DNA of 64,000 bases from Clostridium butyricum (lineage in GTDB: Bacteria; Bacillota; Clostridia; Clostridiales; Clostridiaceae). The translations under genes and the position numbers were made by a program. The stretch covers positions 2,573 through 66,572 of the forward strand of contig SVCE01000014.1 in the NCBI GenBank assembly GCA_015058525.1, in the 5' to 3' direction. Each line of letters opens with the position of its first letter. Position 1 is the stretch's first letter. Positions 51,122-61,180 of this stretch are shown here, piece by piece. The notes below the pieces were generated by a model. It ran no database searches. It was not told the DNA's origin and saw only the letters and a list, made by a program, of their open reading frames with translations.

Positions 51122-51450
51122 CTTATATACATAAATTATTACTAAATCAATTCACATTCTTTCACAATATGATCCTTTGAATCAAACAAAAACACATCTA
51201 TAAAATAATTAGTAACAAAAGCCATCTTTATAATTCACTGAAAAATAAAATTGAAAAAATAATAGAAATATCTTTTCATATGCTTTCCTTATAAGTTAAA
51301 ACAGTATACATGAAATGTATTCCTGTCTTAATCAAAAATTCTATCATTATGAAAAGATATTCTCCCATTTTATTAAATTTAAAAAAATATATATATACTA
51401 AAAACTTCAACAAATCAGATTGTACATTTTTTATAAATAACAGCTATACA

Positions 51451-52128
51451 CTAGCTTGCATTCTTATCCCCTAACAATACAAAAAATGTTTTAAAAACGA
51501 GCTTTAAATCTACCCAAAAACATCTATCCTTAATATACTCTATATCAAGCTTCATCCAATCTTCAAATTCAATATTATCTCTTCCCTGAACCTGCCAGTA
51601 GCATGTAAGACCTGGCTTAACATTTAGTCTTGTAAGCATCCATGGTTCAAATTGTGCAACTTCTTTTGGAAGTGATGGTCTTGGACCAACTATGCTCATT
51701 TCCCCTTTTAATACATTTACAAGCTGCGGTAATTCATCTATACTTGTCCTTCTTATGAAATATCCTACTTTTGTTACTCTTGGATCATTCTTGATTTTAA
51801 ACATAGGACCATTTCTTTGATTCTCTTTCATTAAATCATCTTTAAATTTTTCTGCATCAGCTATCATAGACCTAAACTTATACATTTTAAACGGCTTACC
51901 ATTAGCTCCTATCCTTTCCTGTTTAAATATTACAGGTCCTGGTGATTCTGCTTTGATAATTATTGCAACCAATAATAATATTGGGCATAAAAATATCAAT
52001 GCTATAAGTGAAAATATTATATCAAACAGCCGTTTTATAAAATCGTACATTTCATAATACATTCTTTGCTTGTTTATTATAGCTCTTCTTTCATTTACTT
52101 TTATCTCATGCACTCTACTCCCCTCCAT
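51451..52128 (-). CDS. Priming (undecaprenyl-phosphate) sugar phosphotransferase
   Basis: [49 protein letters not shown]. Confidence 0.95.
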   Translation of the reverse strand: MEGSRVHEIKVNERRAIINKQRMYYEMYDFIKRLFDIIFSLIALIFLCPILLLVAIIIKAESPGPVIFKQERIGANGKPFKMYKFRSMIADAEKFKDDLMKENQRNGPMFKIKNDPRVTKVGYFIRRTSIDELPQLVNVLKGEMSIVGPRPSLPKEVAQFEPWMLTRLNVKPGLTCYWQVQGRDNIEFEDWMKLDIEYIKDRCFWVDLKLVFKTFFVLLGDKNAS

Positions 52129-52476
52129 CTAATAATCAATTCATTTATATTTAATCTTATGTATATTAAAATTGTTTTATTACTAAAAAAATTCAAAATG
52201 TATTACAATCTAACTTTTTCCTTTTTATTTAACCAATTATTTCTTTACATAATATGATTTATTATCTTTTAAAAAGTATATTTTATTCTCATATTTCCTT
52301 GCAAAATACCTTATTTCAATAATATATACATATTATTGGTGTTTATGTAAAATTCTATAGATAATCTACATCTAAATATTAGTTATACTCACATTTGCAA
52401 AACCTTCTATATAAATGTATACTTTGTATAAATAAGTTTTTTATTGTAAAAATATTATGTTTAGGAGGAACTACTT

Positions 52477-52890
52477 ATGAAAAGTAGAATACATATAACA
52501 GCTGAAAAGCATTTAAAAGGATATAATTGCGCTCAAGCAATCCTTTGTACTTATTGTGATTTATTTGGGATGGATGAAGAAACTGCATTCAGAATTTCTG
52601 AAGGATTTGGACTTGGAATGGGTGCTATGCAAAGTACATGCGGTGCTCTTACTGGAGTTCTTATGCTTGCAGGATTAAAAAATAGCAATGGTTTAGTTGC
52701 TCCAGGTTCTACAAAAACATCAACTTACAACATAACCAAAAATTTAGCTGAAGAATTTAGAGAAATGAATACTACAACCATATGTAAAGAACTTAAGGGA
52801 ATCGAAGATGGAATTGTAAAAAGACCTTGTTCAGGCTGCATAGAAGACGCAGCAAAACTAGTTGAAAAATACTTAGTTAATGATAATTAA
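52477..52890 (+). CDS. C_GCAxxG_C_C family putative redox protein
   Basis: YNCAQA, TCGALTG, TTICKEL, RPC..C. Confidence 0.9.
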   Translation: MKSRIHITAEKHLKGYNCAQAILCTYCDLFGMDEETAFRISEGFGLGMGAMQSTCGALTGVLMLAGLKNSNGLVAPGSTKTSTYNITKNLAEEFREMNTTTICKELKGIEDGIVKRPCSGCIEDAAKLVEKYLVNDN

Positions 52891-52911
52891 AATATTTTAA
52901 TTATAAATTTT

Positions 52912-52958
52912 AAGCCCATATAGTATTATCCATGTGTGAATTAATACTATATGGGCTT
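52912..52958. terminator. Bidirectional terminator
   Basis: AAGCCCATATAGTATTA...TAATACTATATGGGCTT, perfect 17-bp inverted repeat between convergent genes. Confidence 0.85.
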
Positions 52959-53048
52959 GTTTTATTTTATAAATTTAATATTCATTTATCCATTGTTTAC
53001 TATCAACTGAGCATATAACATTTATTATATTTATTATTTTTAAATATT

Positions 53049-53753
53049 TTAAAAAAATTTCATGAAAACATCTATTATTATAGGAATAAAAATTGCAGGT
53101 AATAAATTAGCTACTTTAATATCTGTCGCTCCTACTACATTCAATCCAAGTCCTAAAATTAATAGACTTCCAATTGCTGACATACTTGTTATAACAGATT
53201 CAGTAAGTATCGTTGATATACATCCTGCAAGAAGTGTAATACCTCCTTGATATATTAATATTGTAACTGATGAAAGCATAACTCCTATTCCTAATGTTGA
53301 TGTAAAAATTATTGATGATACTCCATCAAGTACAGATTTAGCAAAAAGAGTTGTATAATTTCCTTGTAAGCCACTTTCAAGTGACCCTACTACAGCCATT
53401 GCACCTACACAAAATAGAAGACTTGATGTTACAAATCCTTCTGCAATTGATACTTTTTCTTTAAAATCACCTTTTTTATGCTTATTTATCTTATTTTCTA
53501 TCTTCTGGCCTAAATTATTTAACTTAACATCTAAATCTAAAATTTCTCCTATAAGACCACCTACCGCTATGCACAGTATAATTTTAAGGGGATCTTGTCC
53601 TTTAAGTGCTCCTGATATACCTATATATATAACACATAAGCCAAGTCCTTTCATTATAGTAGCACACATTTTTTCTGTAAGTCTGTCTTTTACCACTAAT
53701 CCAACTAAACACCCAGCTATTACTGCTAACGCATTTATTATTGTTCCTAACAT
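53049..53753 (-). CDS. DUF554 (YdfK-like) membrane protein
   Basis: MLGTIINA, EGFVTSSLLFCVGAM, AKSVLDG, KVANLLPA; ATG 53753 with SD GGAGG. Confidence 0.9.
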   Translation of the reverse strand: MLGTIINALAVIAGCLVGLVVKDRLTEKMCATIMKGLGLCVIYIGISGALKGQDPLKIILCIAVGGLIGEILDLDVKLNNLGQKIENKINKHKKGDFKEKVSIAEGFVTSSLLFCVGAMAVVGSLESGLQGNYTTLFAKSVLDGVSSIIFTSTLGIGVMLSSVTILIYQGGITLLAGCISTILTESVITSMSAIGSLLILGLGLNVVGATDIKVANLLPAIFIPIIIDVFMKFF

Positions 53754-53938
53754 TTTTATCCTCCAACAGTAAAATTTCATTGATAATTATAACATATTTC
53801 TATTTTTTATCACATATAAAAAAATTTCAATAATTATATAACTTAAAATCCTTTATAAATTTGTAATAAAGCTTTTCTGATACATAATACCCTTTTTTTC
53901 AGTAAAAAATATTATTAGCCCAGCATAAAAATCTTATC

Positions 53939-53985
53939 AAATGATATTAATTTTCATTTACTTTCGATGGATTATGTGTTATATT
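53939..53985 (+). promoter_or_regulatory. Fur-family (Zur/Fur) box overlapping the -35 of the rpsD promoter
   Basis: AAATGATATTAATTTTCATTT (53939-53959); TTTACT-17-TATATT with TG extension. Confidence 0.6.
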
Positions 53986-54043
53986 ATCTATGGGCTTAAT
54001 TTTATCGCGGCAAATCTACAAATTACAATGGAGATGATAAATT

Positions 54044-54643
54044 ATGGCAAAAATGATGGGACCAAGATTTAAGCAATGTAGAAGATTAGGACTTAATGTA
54101 ATTGGTCATCCAAAAGCAATGAAAAGAGCTGGTAATGGTACTGCAAGAGACGCAAAAAAACTTTCCCCTTATGGTACTCAGTTACTAGAAAAGCAAAGAC
54201 TTAAAGCTTATTATGGGGTAATGGAAAAACAATTTGTAAATTATGCAAGAAAAGCATTTAAAGCACCTGAACAAACAGGTTATGCTCTTATTAAGTTATT
54301 AGAATGCAGACTTGATAACATAGTTTATAGATTAGGATTTGCTAGCTCACTTGCTCAAGCTCGTCAAATGGTCGTTCACGGACATATCTTAGTTAATGGA
54401 AGTAAAGTAAATATTCCTTCATACAATGTAAATGTAGGTGATACTGTTTCTTTAAGAGAAAAGTCTCAAAAGAACCAAATGTTCGCTGACAACTTTGCAG
54501 CTAACATGCTTAATGTATACCCTTACTTAAGCAAAAATGAATCGGAATTCTCTGGTGTATTAACTAGATTCCCAGAAAGAAATGAAGTTCCTATTCAAAT
54601 TAATGATTCATTAGTAGTAGAATACTACTCAAAATTCTTCTAA
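54044..54643 (+). CDS. rpsD: 30S ribosomal protein S4, stand-alone Cys-poor form
   Basis: [43 protein letters not shown]. Confidence 0.97.
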   Translation: MAKMMGPRFKQCRRLGLNVIGHPKAMKRAGNGTARDAKKLSPYGTQLLEKQRLKAYYGVMEKQFVNYARKAFKAPEQTGYALIKLLECRLDNIVYRLGFASSLAQARQMVVHGHILVNGSKVNIPSYNVNVGDTVSLREKSQKNQMFADNFAANMLNVYPYLSKNESEFSGVLTRFPERNEVPIQINDSLVVEYYSKFF

Positions 54644-54914
54644 TAAATTTTAGGTATTAACCAACCATAAAATTTAGAACAAAAATCATCGGGAAGTCTT
54701 CTCTCTTCTTTATGATTTAAACAACAAAGATATTAGTGGTCATCTGATTCATTAATATAAAATTCAAAAAATCGCACTATTTATACGACTATCAGCCAGT
54801 AAATTGTATAGATAGAAATTACACAAACTCCTAAATAAGAAAATCCGAAATAATTTTGTAGCACAGCAAAATTGTTTCGGATTTCTTTCTAATTAACATA
54901 AATAATATATAAAT

Positions 54915-54947
54915 AAAATAAGCATTGCAAAAATACAATGCTTATTT
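54915..54947 (-). terminator. aspS terminator
   Basis: AAAATAAGCATTG...CAATGCTTATTTT. Confidence 0.8.
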
Positions 54948-54962
54948 TAAATATAATAGAAA

Positions 54963-56762
54963 CTATTTTTCAGCTTTTTCTTCCGATATTGGAGCTACTG
55001 AAATTCCAAGGTCAGTTAATTGTTTATCTTCAACTACGTTTGGAGCTTCACTTAAGTAACAAAATGCATTTTGATTCTTAGGGAATGCAATAACATCTTT
55101 GATATTTTCAGTTCCAGCAAGAAACATAACCATTCTGTCTAATCCAAATGCTAAGCCGCCATGTGGTGGTGCTCCAAATTTTAATGCTTGTAATAAGAAT
55201 CCAAATGATTCCCAAGCTCTTTCTTGAGTAAATCCTAATGCTTTAAGCATTCTTTCTTGAATAGCCATATCGTGGATTCTAATTGATCCTCCACCTAATT
55301 CTTCACCATTTAATACTAAGTCATAAGCTTTAGCTCTAACTCTAGCCGGATCAGACTCAACAAACTCTAAATCCTCATCCATTGGCGCTGTGAATGGGTG
55401 GTGACAAGCCTTAAATCTTTCTTCTTCTTCACTGTATTCAAAGAATGGGAATTCAGTAACCCAAGTAAAGTTAAATTCATTCTTATCTTCTATTAAATCA
55501 AATTCTTTAGCTAAGTGAAGTCTTAATGCACCTAAGCTTTGTAATACTACAGAATCCTTATCTGCAACTATTAAAATAGCATCTCCTTGTTCTGCATTCA
55601 TTGTCTTAACTATTGCTTCTGTAACATCATCAGTTAAAAATTTAGCTATTGAAGATTTAAGTCCATCTTCTTTTAATTGAATCCATGCAAGACCTTTAGC
55701 CTTGTAAGTTTTAACGAATTCTCCTAACTTATCAAGAGGTTTTCTTCCAAGAGAAGCTCCTCCCTTTAAACATAATGCCCTAACTGATCCACCTGCTTCA
55801 ATTGCTGATTTGAATACTACAAAATCCATTTTCTTAACATCTTCAGTGATGTTTGTAATTTCCATACCGAATCTTAAATCCGGTTTGTCTGAACCATATT
55901 TTTCCATAGCTTCTTTAAATGTCATTCTCTTAATTGGAAGCTTAACATCTACTCCAGCTACTTTCTTGAATACATATTGAATTAAGCCTTCGTTTAATTC
56001 CATTATGTCCTCTTGTTCTACGAAACTTAATTCCATATCTACTTGAGTAAATTCTGGCTGTCTGTTTGCTCTTAAATCTTCATCTCTAAAACATTTAGCT
56101 ATTTGATAATATCTATCAAATCCAGACATCATTAATAACTGCTTATATAATTGTGGAGATTGTGGAAGCGCATAGAACTTACCTGGATAATTTCTAGAAG
56201 GTACTAAATAGTCTCTAGCACCTTCTGGAGTAGATTTTCCTAGTACTGGAGTTTCTACATCTAAGAAGTTATGTTCTTCTAAGTAATCTCTTATAGCCTT
56301 AGTTGTCTTACTTCTTATGTTAAAGATTCTGTACATATCAGGTCTTCTTAAATCTAAGTATCTATATTTTAATCTGATATCTTCTGCAGTATCAAGATTT
56401 TCTTTTATTATTATTGTTGGTGTATCTGATTCTGAAAGAACCTTTATAGATTCACATTTTAATTCAACATAACCTGTAGGCATATTTTCATTAATGCTTT
56501 CTCTTTTTACAACTTCACCAGTTACTGCAATACAGTATTCTGGTTTAACGCTTTTAGCTATTTCAAAAGCTTCAGCATTTATTTCTTCACCAAAAACAAC
56601 TTGCATGATACCTGTTTTATCTCTTAAATCGATAAATTCAAGTCCACCAAGTTTTCTGTTTCTTTGAACCCAGCCCATTAAGGTAATCTTTTGACCTACA
56701 TGGCTTTCTCTAGGTTCGCCACACATCATTGTACGCTTTAAGCCGTTTAAAGCTTCACCCAT
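54963..56762 (-). CDS. aspS: Aspartate--tRNA ligase
   Basis: FIDLRD, RYLDLRR, ALPQSPQ, FRDEDLR, GGGSIRIH, GLDR. Confidence 0.98.
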   Translation of the reverse strand: MGEALNGLKRTMMCGEPRESHVGQKITLMGWVQRNRKLGGLEFIDLRDKTGIMQVVFGEEINAEAFEIAKSVKPEYCIAVTGEVVKRESINENMPTGYVELKCESIKVLSESDTPTIIIKENLDTAEDIRLKYRYLDLRRPDMYRIFNIRSKTTKAIRDYLEEHNFLDVETPVLGKSTPEGARDYLVPSRNYPGKFYALPQSPQLYKQLLMMSGFDRYYQIAKCFRDEDLRANRQPEFTQVDMELSFVEQEDIMELNEGLIQYVFKKVAGVDVKLPIKRMTFKEAMEKYGSDKPDLRFGMEITNITEDVKKMDFVVFKSAIEAGGSVRALCLKGGASLGRKPLDKLGEFVKTYKAKGLAWIQLKEDGLKSSIAKFLTDDVTEAIVKTMNAEQGDAILIVADKDSVVLQSLGALRLHLAKEFDLIEDKNEFNFTWVTEFPFFEYSEEEERFKACHHPFTAPMDEDLEFVESDPARVRAKAYDLVLNGEELGGGSIRIHDMAIQERMLKALGFTQERAWESFGFLLQALKFGAPPHGGLAFGLDRMVMFLAGTENIKDVIAFPKNQNAFCYLSEAPNVVEDKQLTDLGISVAPISEEKAEK

Positions 56763-57006
56763 TGTTACTTCCTCCTTTATTCAGTTCACAGTTGATGCAA
56801 ACAGTTAACAATTATGTATACATTTTATAGAATATTATAAATTTGCTTCAAAATGTTCATAAATTAATTTTCTGAAAAACACATTTAAATAAACATTAAT
56901 CAAAACAAATAAATTTACCATAATCTATAACTATTATTTCAAACTGAAACTGGCAAGCTACTTTTATATTATTAATTTTGCAGCTTTGAAAAACATCATT
57001 CTCTTT

Positions 57007-57035
57007 ATTGTATAATAGAAATCAAAAATTTACAA
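57007..57035 (-). promoter_or_regulatory. SigA promoter for aspS
   Basis: TTGTAA-17-TACAAT downstream of the hisS hairpin. Confidence 0.55.
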
Positions 57036-57080
57036 TTAACAATATTATTTTATCTTTAAAACTATGATTTTACAATTAAA

Positions 57081-57140
57081 TTTAAGGAAAATCCCTAAAA
57101 AAATGAACTCTACATCCATTTCTAAGAAATCTTCCTTAAA
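57081..57140 (-). terminator. Long hairpin terminator after hisS
   Basis: Minus strand TTTAAGGAAGATTTCTTAGAAATG...CATTTTTTTAGGGATTTTCCTTAAA pairs with G-U wobbles. Confidence 0.65.
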
Positions 57141-57164
57141 ATATATCTACTACATATTACTTTT

Positions 57165-58424
57165 TTATTCTGCAGTTACAGTATTTACTATTCCTTGCAC
57201 ATCATCTAATGCTAATTCAAATACTTGACCATCGCCCATTCTCTTTAAATTTATTTTTTTATTTGCTAATTCATCTTCACCTAAAATAGTTGTGAATCTA
57301 GCTCCTAATTTATTAGCAAACTTCATTTCAGCTTTTACACTTCTTCCCATATGGTTAATTTCACACTTAACACCTAATACTCTAAGTTCACTAGCAAGCT
57401 TGAAAGCATATTTCTTTTCTTCTTCTCCTCTTGCTCCAATATAAAGATCAATTAGATTTTCATTTGGAATTTCTATTCCCTCGTTTTCAAGAGTCATTAT
57501 CAATCTTTCAACACCCATTCCAAATCCTACTGCAGGCATATTAGGGCCACCAAGTTCACCTATAAGCTTATCATATCTTCCTCCGCCACATACAGTGAAA
57601 TCTGAGCTTATAATTTCAAATATAGTTTTAGTATAATAATCAAGACCTCTTACAATACCTGGATCCACTACATATGGTATGCCTAATACATCAAGATATT
57701 CCTTTACTGTATTAAAGTGAGTTTCGCATTCTTCACATACATAATCTAATATTTGTGGTGCATTCTTTGTTATTTCATTACATTTTCTTTCTTTACAATC
57801 TAATATTCTCATTGGATTCTTTTCAAATCTTGATTTACAAGTATCGCAAAGATCATTATAGTTTTCTTGTAAGAATTTCTTTAACGCTTCATTATACTTA
57901 GCTCTACAAGTATGGCATCCTAAGTTGTTAATATGTAAGCTTAAACTTTCTAAACCTAATTTATTTAAAGTGTCCATAGCTACTTTTATTACTTCAACAT
58001 CCATTGTTGGCTCTTTAGATCCAAACATTTCAATTCCACATTGATGAAATTGTCTAAGTCTTCCTTTTTGAACATTTTCATATCTAAATGCTGGTGTTAC
58101 ATAATAAAGCTTTGTAGGCTGTGCTTCATTGAATAATCTGCTCTCAATAAAAGCTCTAACTGCTGGTGCAGTTCCTTCTGGTTTTAAAGTAATGCTTCTG
58201 TTACCTTTATCATTAAAAGTATACATTTCCTTTTGAACTATATCAGTTGTATCACCAACACCTCTTAAAAATAATTCTGTATGTTCAAATATAGGTGTTC
58301 TTATTTCTCTTATTCCATATGTTTTAGTTACATTTCTAAATATGTTCTCAATATAATGCCATTTATAAGCATCTTGAGGAAGCATATCTTTTGTACCTTT
58401 TGGTGCTTGAATTTCATTTGCCAT
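57165..58424 (-). CDS. hisS: Histidine--tRNA ligase
   Basis: [43 protein letters not shown]. Confidence 0.98.
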   Translation of the reverse strand: MANEIQAPKGTKDMLPQDAYKWHYIENIFRNVTKTYGIREIRTPIFEHTELFLRGVGDTTDIVQKEMYTFNDKGNRSITLKPEGTAPAVRAFIESRLFNEAQPTKLYYVTPAFRYENVQKGRLRQFHQCGIEMFGSKEPTMDVEVIKVAMDTLNKLGLESLSLHINNLGCHTCRAKYNEALKKFLQENYNDLCDTCKSRFEKNPMRILDCKERKCNEITKNAPQILDYVCEECETHFNTVKEYLDVLGIPYVVDPGIVRGLDYYTKTIFEIISSDFTVCGGGRYDKLIGELGGPNMPAVGFGMGVERLIMTLENEGIEIPNENLIDLYIGARGEEEKKYAFKLASELRVLGVKCEINHMGRSVKAEMKFANKLGARFTTILGEDELANKKINLKRMGDGQVFELALDDVQGIVNTVTAE

Positions 58425-58467
58425 TTATATATCCCTCCAAAATCAGTTATCAATTAACATGTAACAG

Positions 58468-59904
58468 TTAACTGTTATATAACGTATTTAATAATTCTTT
58501 CTTTCCTTCAATCATTTCATCTATTCTTGTAACATATTCATGAAGATCCTTAAGGTTAGGAAATCTTTCAAGTCTATCTTCATCCAAGAATACAACCTTA
58601 CTGACAGCAGCTGCTCCAAGTGCAATAATTGTCTGTCTTTCTTCTATCATTTGAATGTTATATATACATTCCTTACCTTCTTTAGCATACCCCAAATTCT
58701 CCATATTTCCAACCATATTTTTTTGCCTATACATATAATATGGTGAAATACCTAAGTCTTTAGCTAATTTTCTGCTTTCTTCGTACATTTTCGCAATTTC
58801 ATCATGTGGTGTCACTTCTATTCCTTTTTCAAGAACAAATTTTTCATACATTCTTGAACCTCTTTTAAGTGCTAACCCATGAACTGTTATACTGTCCGGT
58901 TTAAGCTTTTTAAGTTCTTCACATGTATGGATCATTTCTTTGTGTCCTTCTCCTGGAAGTCCAATTATAATATCCATATTTATATCTTCAAATCCTAGTT
59001 CCCTTGCCATTTCAAATTTTTCTTTTATATCTTCACTTGTATGTGTTCTTCCAATAAGCTTTAATGTTTCATCATTCATAGTCTGAGGATTGATACTTAT
59101 TCTAGTAACATTACAATCCTTCATAGTCTGAAGCTTACTCCTATTTAAAGTATCAGGTCTTCCACACTCTACTGTAAATTCACGTACATTTCCATCTTTA
59201 ATAAAATCATTATATATTTCGTCCATAACCATCATGAATTCACCATCACTTACAGATGTAGGAGTACCCCCACCAAAATAAATTGTTTCAACATTAAGTT
59301 CTTTTTCCTTAACATACTTGCTTATACCCTTTATTTCTTTCATAAGGCTTTCAACATAAGGCATAACCATTTTCTTATATGTACCTATTGGATTTGCCGT
59401 AAAAGAACAATAAAGACATCTTGTTGGGCAAAATGCCATGCCTATATATACCGAAACAGTCTTACTATCTTTATTTACTATTCTTTCTTCAGCTTTTGCA
59501 ACATCAATACAAAGTCTTGCTTTATCTTCATGAGCATAATAATGATTTTTAAATATTTGTATTACTTCTTCTTCACTATTTCCTTCATTTAACAACTTCA
59601 AAGCTATTTTTGAAGGTCTTATACCAATTAATGTTCCCCAAGGATGAATTTCACCTGTTATGTCTTTTAAACACACAAAAAGGAATCTTCTAAGGGACTG
59701 TTTAAGTTCTTCCCCTAAAGTTCCTTCTTTAAAATAATCCTTATGAGCAAAGCTTAATTTACCAGTACTTTCATCAATACAAAAACTATAATCCGCTTCA
59801 TTTTCTTGTACAAATTGAATCTCATGCATTGGAAAATACACATTAATTAATTGATATACCTCATATCTAAATTTCATATCACTCAAATAAACTTTAACTT
59901 CCAT
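58468..59904 (-). CDS. hemZ: HemZ-like radical SAM protein (coproporphyrinogen III oxidase family)
   Basis: PWGTLIGIRP, CPTRCLYC, YFGGGTP, PYYMYRQK; conserved synteny with hisS. Confidence 0.9.
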   Translation of the reverse strand: MEVKVYLSDMKFRYEVYQLINVYFPMHEIQFVQENEADYSFCIDESTGKLSFAHKDYFKEGTLGEELKQSLRRFLFVCLKDITGEIHPWGTLIGIRPSKIALKLLNEGNSEEEVIQIFKNHYYAHEDKARLCIDVAKAEERIVNKDSKTVSVYIGMAFCPTRCLYCSFTANPIGTYKKMVMPYVESLMKEIKGISKYVKEKELNVETIYFGGGTPTSVSDGEFMMVMDEIYNDFIKDGNVREFTVECGRPDTLNRSKLQTMKDCNVTRISINPQTMNDETLKLIGRTHTSEDIKEKFEMARELGFEDINMDIIIGLPGEGHKEMIHTCEELKKLKPDSITVHGLALKRGSRMYEKFVLEKGIEVTPHDEIAKMYEESRKLAKDLGISPYYMYRQKNMVGNMENLGYAKEGKECIYNIQMIEERQTIIALGAAAVSKVVFLDEDRLERFPNLKDLHEYVTRIDEMIEGKKELLNTLYNS

Positions 59905-59957
59905 AATATAATCCTTTCTCCAATCACTAATCAACATAAGAAGTTAACCGTCAACTG

Positions 59958-60554
59958 CTATAAGTATGGATTTCTAATCTTTTCAAATCCTATTGTAGAT
60001 GATGGCCCATGTCCTGGAAATACTTTAACATCATCACCTAGTGGAAAAAGCTTAGTCTTAATACTATTTATTATTTCACCCATATCTCCACCAATAAAAT
60101 CTGTTCTTCCTACTGCTCCTTGAAATAAAGTATCTCCTGTGAACAATAAATCATCTACTAAAAAGCATAATCCACCCTTGGTATGTCCTGGTGTTTCTAT
60201 AACTTTTATAGTATGAGTTCCAAGAATTACTGTATCACCTTCTTTTAAATACCCTGTTGCCTTTGGAAGAGTCCCAAAAACCATATCATCTTTTTCCATG
60301 TATTGTTCATCAACTTTACTAATATAAAATGGTATATTTAAATCTTGCGCTATTTCTTCTACACCATTAACATGATCAGCATGACCATGAGTTATTAAGA
60401 TGAATTTTGGTATTAATCCTTTAGAATCAATTATATTTTCAATTCTTTTAGCATTTCCACCTGGATCTATTATTCCACACTCTTTTGTATTATCATCTAT
60501 TAGTAAATAACAATTTTCTTCATACATTCCTGCTATAATTGCTTCCACTACCAT
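59958..60554 (-). CDS. MBL-fold metallo-hydrolase (glyoxalase II-like)
   Basis: ENCY, IDPG, THGHADH, TPGHT, TGDTLF, PGHG. Confidence 0.93.
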   Translation of the reverse strand: MVVEAIIAGMYEENCYLLIDDNTKECGIIDPGGNAKRIENIIDSKGLIPKFILITHGHADHVNGVEEIAQDLNIPFYISKVDEQYMEKDDMVFGTLPKATGYLKEGDTVILGTHTIKVIETPGHTKGGLCFLVDDLLFTGDTLFQGAVGRTDFIGGDMGEIINSIKTKLFPLGDDVKVFPGHGPSSTIGFEKIRNPYL

Positions 60555-60612
60555 AATCCATACTCCCTTCGCACATAAAAATAGGTATAAGTAACAAATA
60601 CTTTTACCTATC

Positions 60613-61062
60613 TTAAAAATTTCTTTTGCTATCTAACAATATAGTAACAGGTCCATCATTATGAATTTCAACCTTCATATCAGCTCCAAATTCACCTGTT
60701 TCAACTTTAAGGCCTGTAGACTTAAGCATTTTAACAAACTCATCATAAAGTTTAACTGCTTCAACTCCACCTAATGCTTCCATAAAATTAGGGCGTCTTC
60801 CCTTTCTACAATCACCATACAAAGTAAACTGAGAAATTATAAGTACTTCACCTTTAACATCTAATAATGATAAATTCATCTTATCATTTTCATCTTCAAA
60901 TACTCTTAAATTTATTATTTTTTGTTTTATGTAATTCAAATCATCTGTAGTATCATCTTTAGCAATTCCTATAAGTACATTAAATCCTCTTCCTATTGAA
61001 CCTATAACTCTGCCATCAACACTTACACTTGATGCTGTTACTCTTTGCACTACTGCCCTCAT
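60613..61062 (-). CDS. dtd: D-aminoacyl-tRNA deacylase
   Basis: [23 protein letters not shown]. Confidence 0.97.
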   Translation of the reverse strand: MRAVVQRVTASSVSVDGRVIGSIGRGFNVLIGIAKDDTTDDLNYIKQKIINLRVFEDENDKMNLSLLDVKGEVLIISQFTLYGDCRKGRRPNFMEALGGVEAVKLYDEFVKMLKSTGLKVETGEFGADMKVEIHNDGPVTILLDSKRNF

Positions 61063-61180
61063 GGCACAAGCCCCCATTGTTTTAAATTTTATAAACTAAT
61101 AATATAGTGTAAATCCAAAGCTGAAAATTTAGATATACATCCTTATATTTTAGCAAAAACTAATGAATTATTTATAAAAA

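Noticed and set aside
54644..54960. 6S RNA downstream of aspS as in B. subtilis
   Set aside because: Local hairpins rather than one long rod with a central bubble; not supportable without cmscan
56763..58467. T-box for hisS or aspS
   Set aside because: No GGTGGNACC-type motif; the hemZ-hisS gap is only about 43 nt
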